Origin: a virus
Lineage: Duplodnaviria > Caudoviricetes
Length of the DNA stretch: 64,000 nt
IMG/VR virus record: IMGVR_UViG_3300042975_000100
Coordinates: 64,001 to 128,000 of that record
Strand: one strand, 5' to 3'
Shown one piece after another: positions 1-9,747 of this stretch. Position 1 is the first letter of the stretch, and every line of letters starts with the position of its first letter. The notes beneath the pieces are model-generated. The model was given only the letters and a program-made list of their open reading frames with translations. It was not told the origin of the DNA and did not search any database. The translations under genes were made by a program, and so were the position numbers.

Positions 1-723
1 GACTTCATGTACTTCCGTGATATGGGTACGGGTCTGGAATCAATCGATGAGATCAAATTCGCTAATATGGATAATCTCAAATCGAAGTTCTGCTCGACTT
101 ATCATAACTCTTGGGATATCATTGATCCGTATACTCGCAAAGAGATTACGGTTACTGCTACGTACTCCCTTATCGAGAAATTCGTAAAGCATTTCTTGAA
201 TGGTGTATCTCGTCCGTTCTGCGGCCAGCAGTATGGTGTAACCTGGACGAAAGATGATGTCATTGAAGGCACCGTAAACTTCAACCCGAAGAATACGCCA
301 GCAATGGATCAGAAGCAGTGGTTCGATGATAATCGTATCAACTATGTAAGCTATTACAATGGCTTGCTCTCCATGGAATCTCAGTACACTTCTCAGGAGC
401 GTTATACGCAGCTGAGCTGGTTGAGCAATGTACTTAACGTACAGAGCATCATCCGCGAAATTCGTGTACAGTGCCCGAAGAATCGGTATAAATATATCGA
501 TACAAAGGGTCTGGCTAACTACCAGAAGGATGTTCAGACGCTGCTCAATAAGCATTCGGCTGATTTCCAGGAGATCTCTCTGGTGTATGCTAAAGATTCG
601 AATTATGAGAATAACAAGATCTACTACGCATACATCTACGTTCGCTTCAAGAACTTCGTTCAGAGCGAAATCTTCAGAATTACGGCGCTCAAGACGAATG
701 ACAATACGTCGGCGTCGGTATAA
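1..723 (+). CDS. Tail sheath protein, C-terminal part (5' end lies outside the window)
   Basis: Sheath-like C-terminal pattern (RINYV...SQYTSQ...LSWLSNVLNVQSIIREIR...YIYVRFKNFVQSEIFRI) immediately upstream of a tube-sized gene. Confidence 0.75.
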   Translation, partial: DFMYFRDMGTGLESIDEIKFANMDNLKSKFCSTYHNSWDIIDPYTRKEITVTATYSLIEKFVKHFLNGVSRPFCGQQYGVTWTKDDVIEGTVNFNPKNTPAMDQKQWFDDNRINYVSYYNGLLSMESQYTSQERYTQLSWLSNVLNVQSIIREIRVQCPKNRYKYIDTKGLANYQKDVQTLLNKHSADFQEISLVYAKDSNYENNKIYYAYIYVRFKNFVQSEIFRITALKTNDNTSASV

Positions 724-741
724 AGAAAGGGGGAGATTTAA

Positions 742-1587
742 ATGGCTGATATTACAGTAGACAACATTTTTGCGAATCAGGTATCACTGCCTGACTTTAC
801 GAAATATACGCTCGGTCGTGGCGTAACGGATTATACGCAGCTCGCACAGTTCGATATGTACGAGAAAGGTTATCCGTTCATGATAGTTCTCAAGATTCCG
901 AAGTTTATTGAAAAGCTGGCTACGGCTAACACCGAGTATGCTAAGCTGATCAATGACTACGTTCATGTTCTTGAATATGACTTCCGTGGTCTTGAGGGCC
1001 TGGAGAACATGACTGCTGATACCACCGAGATTACCAATGGTAATACGAAGTTGGATATCATCACGAAGGTTAACTGGGAATCGGCATCTAAGTTCAGCAT
1101 GAAGTATCAGGAGCGCAAAGGCTCTCTGTTCGCTCGTATGCATGAGCTGTACCTCCGTGGTATTAAAGATCCGAAAACGCAGGTTAAACGCTACAACGGT
1201 CTTCTGAAGACTGATGGTTCGTCTATCCTGGATGCTGGTTATGAGAACGAGGTATTCGAATTCCTGTACTTCGTAACTGATAACACGGCTCGTTCTATCG
1301 AGAAAGCATTCCTGCTTACGTCTTGCCAGCTTACTGAGTGTAGCTTTGATCAGTACAATCAGGAGAAGGGTCAGATTGAGTGGCAGGATGTCAACCTCCA
1401 GTTCAATGGCTACTCTATCACGAATCCGTTGGTTACGCAGAAGGCTCAGACCTTCCTTAACTGGATGAATGAAGAGAATCGTGTCATCTTCGAAGAGACT
1501 AAGTTCGCTTATGATTCTCTTACGGATATGCCGAGTGTCGATGAGCTGCCTGGTCCTCAGGTTGCTATGAAGGCAATCACGTACTAA
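742..1587 (+). CDS. Tail tube protein
   Basis: 281 aa, follows sheath, beta-rich tube-like pattern (FSMKYQERKGS...FLYFVTD...VNLQFNGY), GGGGAG RBS, C-ending codon bias. Confidence 0.7.
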   Translation: MADITVDNIFANQVSLPDFTKYTLGRGVTDYTQLAQFDMYEKGYPFMIVLKIPKFIEKLATANTEYAKLINDYVHVLEYDFRGLEGLENMTADTTEITNGNTKLDIITKVNWESASKFSMKYQERKGSLFARMHELYLRGIKDPKTQVKRYNGLLKTDGSSILDAGYENEVFEFLYFVTDNTARSIEKAFLLTSCQLTECSFDQYNQEKGQIEWQDVNLQFNGYSITNPLVTQKAQTFLNWMNEENRVIFEETKFAYDSLTDMPSVDELPGPQVAMKAITY

Positions 1588-1601
1588 CGTGCAAAGAATA
1601 C

Positions 1602-1626
1602 CCCTGTACTCGTAATGAGTACAGGG
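1602..1626. terminator. Bidirectional intrinsic terminator between tube and portal
   Basis: CCCTGTACTC-GTAAT-GAGTACAGGG perfect 10-bp stem between convergent genes. Confidence 0.8.
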
Positions 1627-1638
1627 ATATTTTGTGTC

Positions 1639-3954
1639 TTATTGTTCTTGCTTTTCGTCTTCCTTCTCTTTGACAACCTCCATTTGCACCTCATCAATGA
1701 GTGCCTGCATGTCATCTGCCGGGAAGAACAAACTAGTGTATTTCTTTTTAAGCTCTGCAACAAGTTTAGGTTTGATAAGATCAGCATCCTTAGCATTATC
1801 ACTAACGTACATATTCGTTATTGCTTCTGATATATCATTAGCGCTTGTAAGAATCTGAGTAGTATTCATTGTCATAAGGTAAGTCGGTACATTAGGAACG
1901 TACTCGATTTCCTCATTACTGTCAAACTCTGCATTGTAAATACGAGTAAGAATAGTGCTGAACATCTTCTTTACTAATGCCTGCAGATTATAGATAGTCT
2001 GCAAGAATCTCGTATTCGTCATTGTAAGTCTAGTTGCATAATCGGTAGCCTGATGAGCCTGAATATAATCATATGGAACACCAGTAGATTGAACTGCCAT
2101 TTCCTCAAGAGCATTCATGAGATCTGTCTTGACCTCTACATTCTGCCCAGGAATGGTTTCTACATCTATTGGGGCGTCTCCAGATGGGGATTTAGGAATG
2201 AGTAGATCATTGAACCTACCAAGCATACCAAGAACGTTATTCATCGATTCAATCTGTCTAACGCCAAAGTTAGAACGCTGAATCTGATTGATAGCATTCA
2301 TCAATGTATCTGAGATATTTGTATCTACCATCTGCTTTACATAGTAAACACGCTTATCGTTTCCTCTTGTAAGGATAGAGATTACATTGGAGATGTACAA
2401 GCAGCTATAGAGCTTAGCTGGGAACAAAGCCTTACGAAGAGATGAAATACCACGATGCGTTTCATCATCCTGCTCAAAGAAGCAATGAACCATATCATCT
2501 GGAGGGATGAATGTAATACGCATCTTAGAGATACGTCCTTCTGCATTCATAGTAGAGTTATACTTCAAGATAGCATAGATCTCTTTAGTCAAATCCTGAT
2601 TGGCATTGACGAAAGTCTTATCGATCTTACGTGAAATAGCCATAGCAAGATTCTTAAGCAATCTGGTTTCCTGAGTATCCTGATAGAATGGATCTCTGTT
2701 CTTATCCTTGTATGCGCCACCTGGACGGATACCTCCGATGGTATTAGAGAAAGTAGTCTTCTCAAGATCGAACTTTCTATCGCATTCGATATAGAAATAC
2801 CCAATGCAGATATCATCGATATACAACGGTTTAACCATTGTATGATCAAGAATCTTTACAACACACCCAGGAACCTTGAGTTGCAGTTCTTTGTCATCTC
2901 CATAGCCAGGAGTTTTAAGACCATCCTGCGTTAAGCCATCAAGTTTATAGAAGTTTTCAGAACCCTTCTTGATACTATCATCGATAGAGATATTCTTGGT
3001 AACGTCAGCCTTCTTGCCTTCATTATCTTTCTCAGTCTTGAGAGCTGTTTCGTTGATAGCAAGATTTGCAGCTTCATTAAGAATGCTATTAGCTTTCTTA
3101 TATCCTACCAAAGCAGACTTGATGACACAGCTTTTATCCATCTCTACGATGAAGTTACTCTTACTTGGTTCTACGTTATCAGTGAAGAATCCTTCGTCAA
3201 CCGCATGTACCTCTGTATCTCCACTGGTAGGGTCCATTCCGATCGTAAACGCTTCATTGACTGGTCCTGGATCGCTTACTGAAGCCTCACCTAGGAATCC
3301 AGAAGTAGGACCTAACCCAAATCTTTCATTATCCGACAGTAATCTTTTGATTGCTTTACGGTATGGAACTACATATACAAAGCACTCTCCGAGTTTATCA
3401 GTTTGACGATATACTTTATCGAGAATCAGATCGAGTTTATACTTCTCTTTCATATCTTTGATATTGTTTGCCACACCGATATCTTTTCCAGCAGCAGACT
3501 TAGATCTGATATGAAGTGTCGTGCTTGTAAAGTTATCAGAGCATAATACATGCTCACGACGAGTTGTCAAAGCATCTTCCAGCTTTGGCATATATTTCAG
3601 AATCATTTCGATTTCACGGTCAATGTCTCTTAACCATGAATTCTGGGTATACGTTTGCATTATAGAACTCATGATAGATTCATTCTCTAATGACGCATTG
3701 ATACCTTGTACAACATCCTCATCATTCTGCATGCTGCCAAGTTTAGTTTTCGTCAAAAGAGCAGAAATGTTGGTAGTACCAACATTGCTAATATTATTAC
3801 CTATCAGATTATCTATGCTACGGTGTGCTCTTGTTCTCATGTAGGACAGAGTCTTGCTAACACCAGGATCTGTGTAGTATGTACTACTATACATATCACC
3901 CATGCCAGTGTCAATAGACTGCTTCAGTTTGTCCATATCTTTTTCACTTGCCAT
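1639..3954 (-). CDS. Portal protein (T4 gp20-like, jumbo-phage type)
   Basis: ILTRGNDKRVYYV (cf. gp20 RAPERRIFY) and TGVPYDYI motifs; likely start MASEK after GGGAGG. Confidence 0.75.
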   Translation of the reverse strand: MASEKDMDKLKQSIDTGMGDMYSSTYYTDPGVSKTLSYMRTRAHRSIDNLIGNNISNVGTTNISALLTKTKLGSMQNDEDVVQGINASLENESIMSSIMQTYTQNSWLRDIDREIEMILKYMPKLEDALTTRREHVLCSDNFTSTTLHIRSKSAAGKDIGVANNIKDMKEKYKLDLILDKVYRQTDKLGECFVYVVPYRKAIKRLLSDNERFGLGPTSGFLGEASVSDPGPVNEAFTIGMDPTSGDTEVHAVDEGFFTDNVEPSKSNFIVEMDKSCVIKSALVGYKKANSILNEAANLAINETALKTEKDNEGKKADVTKNISIDDSIKKGSENFYKLDGLTQDGLKTPGYGDDKELQLKVPGCVVKILDHTMVKPLYIDDICIGYFYIECDRKFDLEKTTFSNTIGGIRPGGAYKDKNRDPFYQDTQETRLLKNLAMAISRKIDKTFVNANQDLTKEIYAILKYNSTMNAEGRISKMRITFIPPDDMVHCFFEQDDETHRGISSLRKALFPAKLYSCLYISNVISILTRGNDKRVYYVKQMVDTNISDTLMNAINQIQRSNFGVRQIESMNNVLGMLGRFNDLLIPKSPSGDAPIDVETIPGQNVEVKTDLMNALEEMAVQSTGVPYDYIQAHQATDYATRLTMTNTRFLQTIYNLQALVKKMFSTILTRIYNAEFDSNEEIEYVPNVPTYLMTMNTTQILTSANDISEAITNMYVSDNAKDADLIKPKLVAELKKKYTSLFFPADDMQALIDEVQMEVVKEKEDEKQEQ

Positions 3955-4080
3955 TGCTAATCCTCCCTTGAATAAGTTTATTAAGATGTTCAAGTAGCAT
4001 AAATTGACAAAAAAGAAAGAGGGTTTAGCGGATATAATATCTCGTACCTCTATCTTACCTTGTAAGCAGATGATAAAAAT

Positions 4081-4230
4081 TTACTTGGCTAAGCCAGCGT
4101 AAACATTATCGTAATATGCATTAGCATATTTCTGCATCTCTAGCAAGCGGGTTAGCGGATCGCTAAAGATGGTACTAAAATATGCATCGTTCTTTTGAAC
4201 AAACATATTAAAGTAGTCAGTTCTACTCAC
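4081..4230 (-). CDS. Unannotated 49-aa protein (MSRTDYFNMFVQKNDAYFSTIFSDPLTRLLEMQKYANAYYDNVYAGLAK)
   Basis: GTG start after AGAGGTGA RBS, downstream of promoter motif and leader repeat. Confidence 0.6.
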   Translation of the reverse strand: MSRTDYFNMFVQKNDAYFSTIFSDPLTRLLEMQKYANAYYDNVYAGLAK

Positions 4231-4232
4231 AA

Positions 4233-4345
4233 TTGTCACCTCTCTTCTTCAGAGTTGTGGCAGCAGATATCCCTCTACCATGCTACGGTAGAGGGGTTTT
4301 CTGTGTCGCACATCCGTTATTCACAGTTATTATATATAACTGAAA
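4233..4345 (-). repeat. Structured 5' leader cassette, copy 1 (promoter + hairpin + RBS hairpin)
   Basis: Near-identical to 46111-46225. Confidence 0.8.
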
Positions 4346-4357
4346 TAGCAGACTATA

Positions 4358-5098
4358 TCATCTCTGAAGAATCTTTACGATTGTGGTGACCTTGACATTT
4401 TTCTTTGGTTTGGCTACAGTATAGGAAGCATATGTATCTCTACCATACTCGGTATCCGCATACTTAATTCCTATAGAGCATGAATCACCCTTATTCATAT
4501 TTACCAATCCAGACCATACTGGAACGATATTATGACCAATAGGGATAAATCTAAGCCCTTGCTCTGCCTTTGCATTAACCGCATTCATAAAGTCTTCTCT
4601 TGTAGATACATCTTCTGAATAAGCAACTGCTACCTTATTGGTATTGGTCAATATCATAGCAGCTACCCGGCCAAAGTTAGTATCATTAAGTGCAATAGGT
4701 ATATTAGCCTTAAGAGCATTAGAAGCACTTACTACACTTAATCCTGTAGAGAATGCACCATAATCGTTTTCAAAGTTAATGAGAGTGAATCTATCAGATT
4801 CCTCTGTAGCTTCTTTGACTACTGCATGTAGATCATTGATACTGATAGCGAACATCACTCCTTGCTCTGGAGTGTTTCTCAGTATCGAAGTTCCATCTGA
4901 AATATTTGATGCATACTTGATAACTGAAAGGTTAAGATTGGACATACCCATTCCGAGCATGTCAATCTCTCCTGTTACAGCATCAGGCCAAACAAATACC
5001 AGATCCTCCTTACCAGTTTTCACCAATTTAGATCTTTCATCTAAGTTTCGTATGAAAGCAGTGTCTACGTATCTGTATGAGTTAGGTCTTGCAATCAT
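4358..5098 (-). CDS. Hypothetical protein translationally coupled to DNA polymerase (possible processivity factor)
   Basis: 246 aa, start overlaps polymerase stop; function speculative. Confidence 0.6.
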   Translation of the reverse strand: MIARPNSYRYVDTAFIRNLDERSKLVKTGKEDLVFVWPDAVTGEIDMLGMGMSNLNLSVIKYASNISDGTSILRNTPEQGVMFAISINDLHAVVKEATEESDRFTLINFENDYGAFSTGLSVVSASNALKANIPIALNDTNFGRVAAMILTNTNKVAVAYSEDVSTREDFMNAVNAKAEQGLRFIPIGHNIVPVWSGLVNMNKGDSCSIGIKYADTEYGRDTYASYTVAKPKKNVKVTTIVKILQR

Positions 5099-7041
5099 TT
5101 GTTCATTACCTCTTTGATAATTCTTTTATATTCACTTTCTACGTCTTTAGGCATCTGCTGATAGATGCTGATTACTTCCTTCTTGAAGTTAGGATCTACA
5201 AGGCGCAGCGGAGTGAACTTCTCGTTATTGTGCCAGAAGCGTAATACTTCTTTCTTACCACGAGCCATTCCTTCTCGCAAACCATGAGCAGAGTTATGAG
5301 TTTCAAAGTATTCATGCACATCATTCATCATTTCTTCGAATGAAGCTAGATGGAACCAGCGATGTCCAAAGCTAATATAATCACATGCACAATAGTCTTC
5401 GAAGAATGCAGTGGTTCTAAAGAACTTCGGATTGTTGCTGAGATTTTCCTTATCATGAATCTTCTTATCGATAAACATACGTCCGATCTGCCCATTGGTG
5501 CATATATTGAACTCCTGCATAATAGATGGATACAGACGTTTGTAATCGAAGTCATTTGCATTCTTTACAAGCATAATCGGCTTGCCATTAACTTTAACCT
5601 TAGGTTTATCCGTTACCTGAGTCAAAGCTGCTACGAATGCACCCGGGAACTTCTCATTCGGCTTTTCTTTGAACTTGTTGCAGTTATTGCCCATAACAAG
5701 ATCATTCTCTGCAAGCATGAACTTAGAAGCTCTATTCGCAAGATACATTGTCTGACGATGAACTTTCGGATACATCGTATCATTTACAATGGCCTTATTG
5801 AAGACATAGTTGATATCTCCGGTTTTCTCTTCGATACACTTCTGAACCATGACATCCATCATATTGTATTTGATGAACGTTACGAAATCCAAATACGGAA
5901 AATCAACGATATCATTGGTAATATCATGATAGTCTAACTTTCTAGCTCCAGCTACTACTCCACCGATATAGTCCAATCCAAATGTAGCGAATGCTGACTG
6001 TCCTTTACGTCTAGATGCGAACTCGATCATCTGATCAAGATACACGCTATAAGAACTGATGTCTGCATAATCACCACGCTGAGCAAACTCTGCTTCATGA
6101 TCCTTATCAATCTTATAGTAACAATGCTTCTCTTCAAAATCTGGATGGCAAATAATATCAGCTGGATCGTATCCTAAGTTAATGAGTCTTTGAATCAGAT
6201 ATGGAATATCGAATGCCATGTTCCATGCTAAAACAAAGTCTGGCTGCAAATGATTGATGATATTGAACATACTTACCAGCATCGTAAGTTCATCATCAAA
6301 TACAACGACCTTCACTTTGATATCCTTAAGATGCATGCGGTATGCTTTCTTCCAACCACCTACATTATTAAACAGAAACTCTTTGAATTCCTGCTCCATA
6401 TTATGGCTAGCGATATACTCTTCAAACTTTGCCACCTGAGGATTATTTGAATCCCTGAATGTAAATGTATACAGAGTATTATCTACTTCATTAAACATCG
6501 AGATTGCATTTACAGGGCACTCTCCGGGCTGTGGAAAATCCCCTACCATATATCTACCATCAACCTCGATATCGAGATATGCTTTTGTAACGGGAACCGT
6601 TGGATTCTGATACTGCTCATCAAACAACTTACGATAGTAGTTGTTGATATTCATATCTGAACTCATAAGAGATGGATGCGTATGAAGAATCTGATTAGCC
6701 CTTCTATTACCACTTCTGATATTATCATAGAAGAACTCTTTCATATTCAACTCTTCTGCAATGCTCTTTTCCAAATCATGGAACGGAACTGTTATAGGAT
6801 CGCACTTCGAGCGTTCTATGAACACCTGTGGATAATCCTTCACGAATTCAGGCTTAATTTTGTAATAGGTATACTTTGGCTCTTTGATGACCTCTATACC
6901 TTTCTTTCCAGTTTCATTGTCCTTATACACTATCGTCATCGTATCTGGGTGAAGATTACCTTCCTCATCCTTACGTGGATAGTGATACATATTGTTCATA
7001 ATAGTGATATTACTGTCCTTATTATAACCTTTGATTAACAT
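5095..7041 (-). CDS. Family-B DNA polymerase, N-terminal subunit of a split enzyme (3'-5' exonuclease + motif A)
   Basis: ExoI LDIEV, ExoII AWNMAFDIPYL, ExoIII YNMMDV, motif A DFDYKRLYPS; motifs B and C absent. Confidence 0.9.
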   Translation of the reverse strand: MLIKGYNKDSNITIMNNMYHYPRKDEEGNLHPDTMTIVYKDNETGKKGIEVIKEPKYTYYKIKPEFVKDYPQVFIERSKCDPITVPFHDLEKSIAEELNMKEFFYDNIRSGNRRANQILHTHPSLMSSDMNINNYYRKLFDEQYQNPTVPVTKAYLDIEVDGRYMVGDFPQPGECPVNAISMFNEVDNTLYTFTFRDSNNPQVAKFEEYIASHNMEQEFKEFLFNNVGGWKKAYRMHLKDIKVKVVVFDDELTMLVSMFNIINHLQPDFVLAWNMAFDIPYLIQRLINLGYDPADIICHPDFEEKHCYYKIDKDHEAEFAQRGDYADISSYSVYLDQMIEFASRRKGQSAFATFGLDYIGGVVAGARKLDYHDITNDIVDFPYLDFVTFIKYNMMDVMVQKCIEEKTGDINYVFNKAIVNDTMYPKVHRQTMYLANRASKFMLAENDLVMGNNCNKFKEKPNEKFPGAFVAALTQVTDKPKVKVNGKPIMLVKNANDFDYKRLYPSIMQEFNICTNGQIGRMFIDKKIHDKENLSNNPKFFRTTAFFEDYCACDYISFGHRWFHLASFEEMMNDVHEYFETHNSAHGLREGMARGKKEVLRFWHNNEKFTPLRLVDPNFKKEVISIYQQMPKDVESEYKRIIKEVMNK

Positions 7042-7245
7042 AAGTATTCCCTCCTAATCGGCTTGTTTCGGCTTTATCTAGATGTATCAGCATCGATATT
7101 TTTCTAGTTGTCGCGAAAAAAGAAAGGGGATGAACCCTTTCTTTGTGAAGCCGTAGCGGTTTCTTAGTTTGTGTTTGAAAGATCTGAGCCGTCAATTCCA
7201 AACCTTCTTAGAATGACTTTATCATTACCCAGCCTTATTCCTCCA

Positions 7246-7596
7246 TTAGTCAATATTAGAAACCATGTGTAATGCTTTTTTGAGATCTTCCCAGAAGATC
7301 TTTTCAGTCTGAGAATTGCTTCCAATCACTAAACCTGGAAGTAAAATCGGATCGTGATAGAATGAGCTATAATTCGAATCATTTCTTCTAGATATCTTAT
7401 ATAGAATCTCAAATAAGTTAGGTGAAATATGGTAATTGAACATTTCTACATGCACTGTATTGATCTTCTTAGAATCAATGCATCTTTCTACCCATATATC
7501 ACCGGAATACGTAGACTTTGAAATACGGATAAGATCCGATCTGACCTTAATTTCTCCAATACGACCATCGCAATCAACAAAATCTTTCTCGTTCAT
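7246..7596 (-). CDS. Hypothetical protein
   Basis: 116-aa ORF, AAGGAG RBS, upstream TATATATTATA motif. Confidence 0.6.
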   Translation of the reverse strand: MNEKDFVDCDGRIGEIKVRSDLIRISKSTYSGDIWVERCIDSKKINTVHVEMFNYHISPNLFEILYKISRRNDSNYSSFYHDPILLPGLVIGSNSQTEKIFWEDLKKALHMVSNID

Positions 7597-7710
7597 AATA
7601 TCTTCTCCTTTATAATAATACTATACTACCACATCTATAATATATAATCGACTATGATATTTAAGCAACAAAATAGATCCCAGAAGGACTTAGCCTTCTG
7701 GGATATGAAT

Positions 7711-8058
7711 TTATATTTTGTTACGACCTTCTACATTACGTTTGGTTCTATCTGCTGTTCTAGCATCAAGAAATTTAATAGCGTTGTTAATAGAATTGAG
7801 AGCATCGCTATTATATGTACAAGCAAAGGGACTTTTCTGGAAATTCTCTAAGCGATATTTAACAATCTCTAAGAGATCCCTTTCAGATAACCCATTCTCT
7901 CCAACTTCTTTGATCGGACCCTGCTGAAAGTCTACATTGCCGATAGTCTGGTTCTCAGAACCCTTTACAACAAAGTGATGGTAGTTATTATATGCTTTAC
8001 TATCTTCATGCACAATGGTATGATTTCCGACGTTGTAATTCATTTTAATCTGTTCCAT
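7711..8058 (-). CDS. tad1: Tad1-family anti-Thoeris/anti-CBASS signal sponge
   Basis: YHHF...FQQGPIKEVGENG...DLLEIVKYRLENFQKSPFAC..N..AL...RTADR..RNVEGRN matches the Tad1 pattern FQxG...DLLEIVRDRLKSFQAGPF...RRVEDRIERNVLGTN. Confidence 0.85.
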   Translation of the reverse strand: MEQIKMNYNVGNHTIVHEDSKAYNNYHHFVVKGSENQTIGNVDFQQGPIKEVGENGLSERDLLEIVKYRLENFQKSPFACTYNSDALNSINNAIKFLDARTADRTKRNVEGRNKI

Positions 8059-8082
8059 TTTGTTATTTCTCCTTTAATAGAT

Positions 8083-8604
8083 TTAGGGTTTCATAGTCCC
8101 TTTAACCTGTCTTACTTCTCTATCTTTATTGCGCTTCTCTATTGATTTCAAAGCACCCTTGATATAGATCATCGCTTCATCCGTTTCTTTACAACGAAGA
8201 TTAGTCTTCTGGAATGCTTGCATCCTCAAAAGCACAGCAGACAACAGTTCTTCATTGGTTACCCCATTAACCTTATCAGATCCATGCTGAAAATTTATAG
8301 TCTGGATAACCTCTCCAGACTTTGCATCACAGATAACGAACTGACCGTCTTTGTCAGTCTTTATAACAGCCGTTACATCATCAGAATGAATAGATCTAAG
8401 CTCATCTATCATATCATTCTTCAGCTCTTTGATTTCAGCTTCGATGTCTGTATAGGATATAAGCTTCTTGCAATCATCGCAGATCGTAAGAAGAAAATCA
8501 TGATTCATATTGTCTTTATCGGTTACTGTGAACAAGATATCAAACGTATGCTTGTGTTTACATTTGTTGCTGTGTCTAAGCATAGCTATAATCTTATCTA
8601 TCAT
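8083..8604 (-). CDS. Second Tad1-family protein with N-terminal Cys/His (putative Zn-binding) extension
   Basis: C-terminal INFQHG..VNGVTNEELL...RMQAFQ...RNKDREVRQVKGT; N-terminal CKH...CDDC. Confidence 0.75.
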   Translation of the reverse strand: MIDKIIAMLRHSNKCKHKHTFDILFTVTDKDNMNHDFLLTICDDCKKLISYTDIEAEIKELKNDMIDELRSIHSDDVTAVIKTDKDGQFVICDAKSGEVIQTINFQHGSDKVNGVTNEELLSAVLLRMQAFQKTNLRCKETDEAMIYIKGALKSIEKRNKDREVRQVKGTMKP

Positions 8605-8701
8605 TTAGAGTCATCTCCTTTAAATTCTCTCATTCCTTATTTAAAGTGTTTTTTCTTCTGCCAAACACCTAAATAAATTACTATAGGGAGGTTAAGCAAT
8701 A

Positions 8702-9658
8702 ATGAAAAAGAAAGAAGTTATGCATCTCGTTCCTGAAAAAAATGAGAAGCGCGAAGATAGTGGATTTGGATTTAATGCATCTTCATTGGTTGGAGATGGA
8801 GACGCTCTTCCTGCATTAGAAACCAATGAGCCGGCTAAAAAGAAGAGAGGCCGTCCACGTAAAGAAGATAATGGTGATGGATTCACTGTAGCTAAAAAAG
8901 CTGATCCGAATCCTATCAATTCTGATATGCCTTACGATCAAACGTATAAACAGAATATGATGATGATGTCTGGTACAGTTGCTCAGATCGATGGTCTGAG
9001 TTCACAACTTATGCAGGATCTTGGAGCTGTACGTAACTTACGTAATAGCTTTAAGAAGTATGAGTATATGGGAACAATCGCAGGAGCAGTTACTAGTCTT
9101 ATCGGTAATAAGATCAGCGCTGTGCGAGAGATGAACAGCGTTATCACAAAGTGCCATGACCTTGAGCTTAAGCGTGCTAAGGAGCTTAAAGCCGGAGTGG
9201 ATGACGGTGATGATGATAAGAGACTCATGGATCTCTACTCTGCATTTATCAACAATCCGATGGGTAACCCTGGAGCGAGCATGCCATATGCTAATGTATC
9301 TCAGGCTGATCTTATGTCTGTTGGTGCTAGAGCAAATACCACGAATCTGTTCTCACAGAATGAAGACCCGGGATTTACTCGCTATGAACAGAATCTTACC
9401 CCTCAGCAGAATGCAATGCTGAATGAGGGCAATCCGAACATTGAGACTGTTCTTGTATATGATCAGAGCACACAGGATAAGTATTTTGAGGTAATCGATA
9501 AGAGTACCGGAATGCCTATTCCTAATATGCCTACACCTGGAGAGTTTATCCTTGAAGGATGCGTGCCAGATGTAGTACGTGGCATTGCACGTAACTCAGA
9601 CTTCAATCAGAACTTCCCATTGAAGCTCGTTGGACAACGGGCAGCAAACGAGTATTAA
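8702..9658 (+). CDS. Hypothetical protein with AT-hook
   Basis: KKKRGRPRK AT-hook; GGGAGG RBS; AACA-N6-TA promoter at 8664-8675. Confidence 0.7.
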   Translation: MKKKEVMHLVPEKNEKREDSGFGFNASSLVGDGDALPALETNEPAKKKRGRPRKEDNGDGFTVAKKADPNPINSDMPYDQTYKQNMMMMSGTVAQIDGLSSQLMQDLGAVRNLRNSFKKYEYMGTIAGAVTSLIGNKISAVREMNSVITKCHDLELKRAKELKAGVDDGDDDKRLMDLYSAFINNPMGNPGASMPYANVSQADLMSVGARANTTNLFSQNEDPGFTRYEQNLTPQQNAMLNEGNPNIETVLVYDQSTQDKYFEVIDKSTGMPIPNMPTPGEFILEGCVPDVVRGIARNSDFNQNFPLKLVGQRAANEY

Positions 9659-9675
9659 TTAAAACACACAGTAAA

Positions 9676-9700
9676 GGAGAGAGCCAATGCGGCTCTCTCC
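9676..9700. terminator. Intrinsic terminator
   Basis: GGAGAGAGCC-AATGC-GGCTCTCTCC 10-bp stem. Confidence 0.75.
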
Positions 9701-9722
9701 AATATTGTGTTACGACAGAAAT

Positions 9723-9741
9723 AAAAACCGTTTACAACGGC
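9723..9741 (-). terminator. Small terminator-like hairpin ending the candidate ncRNA
   Basis: Minus strand GCCGTT-GTA-AACGGT followed by a T run. Confidence 0.5.
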
Positions 9742-9747
9742 ATTCAT

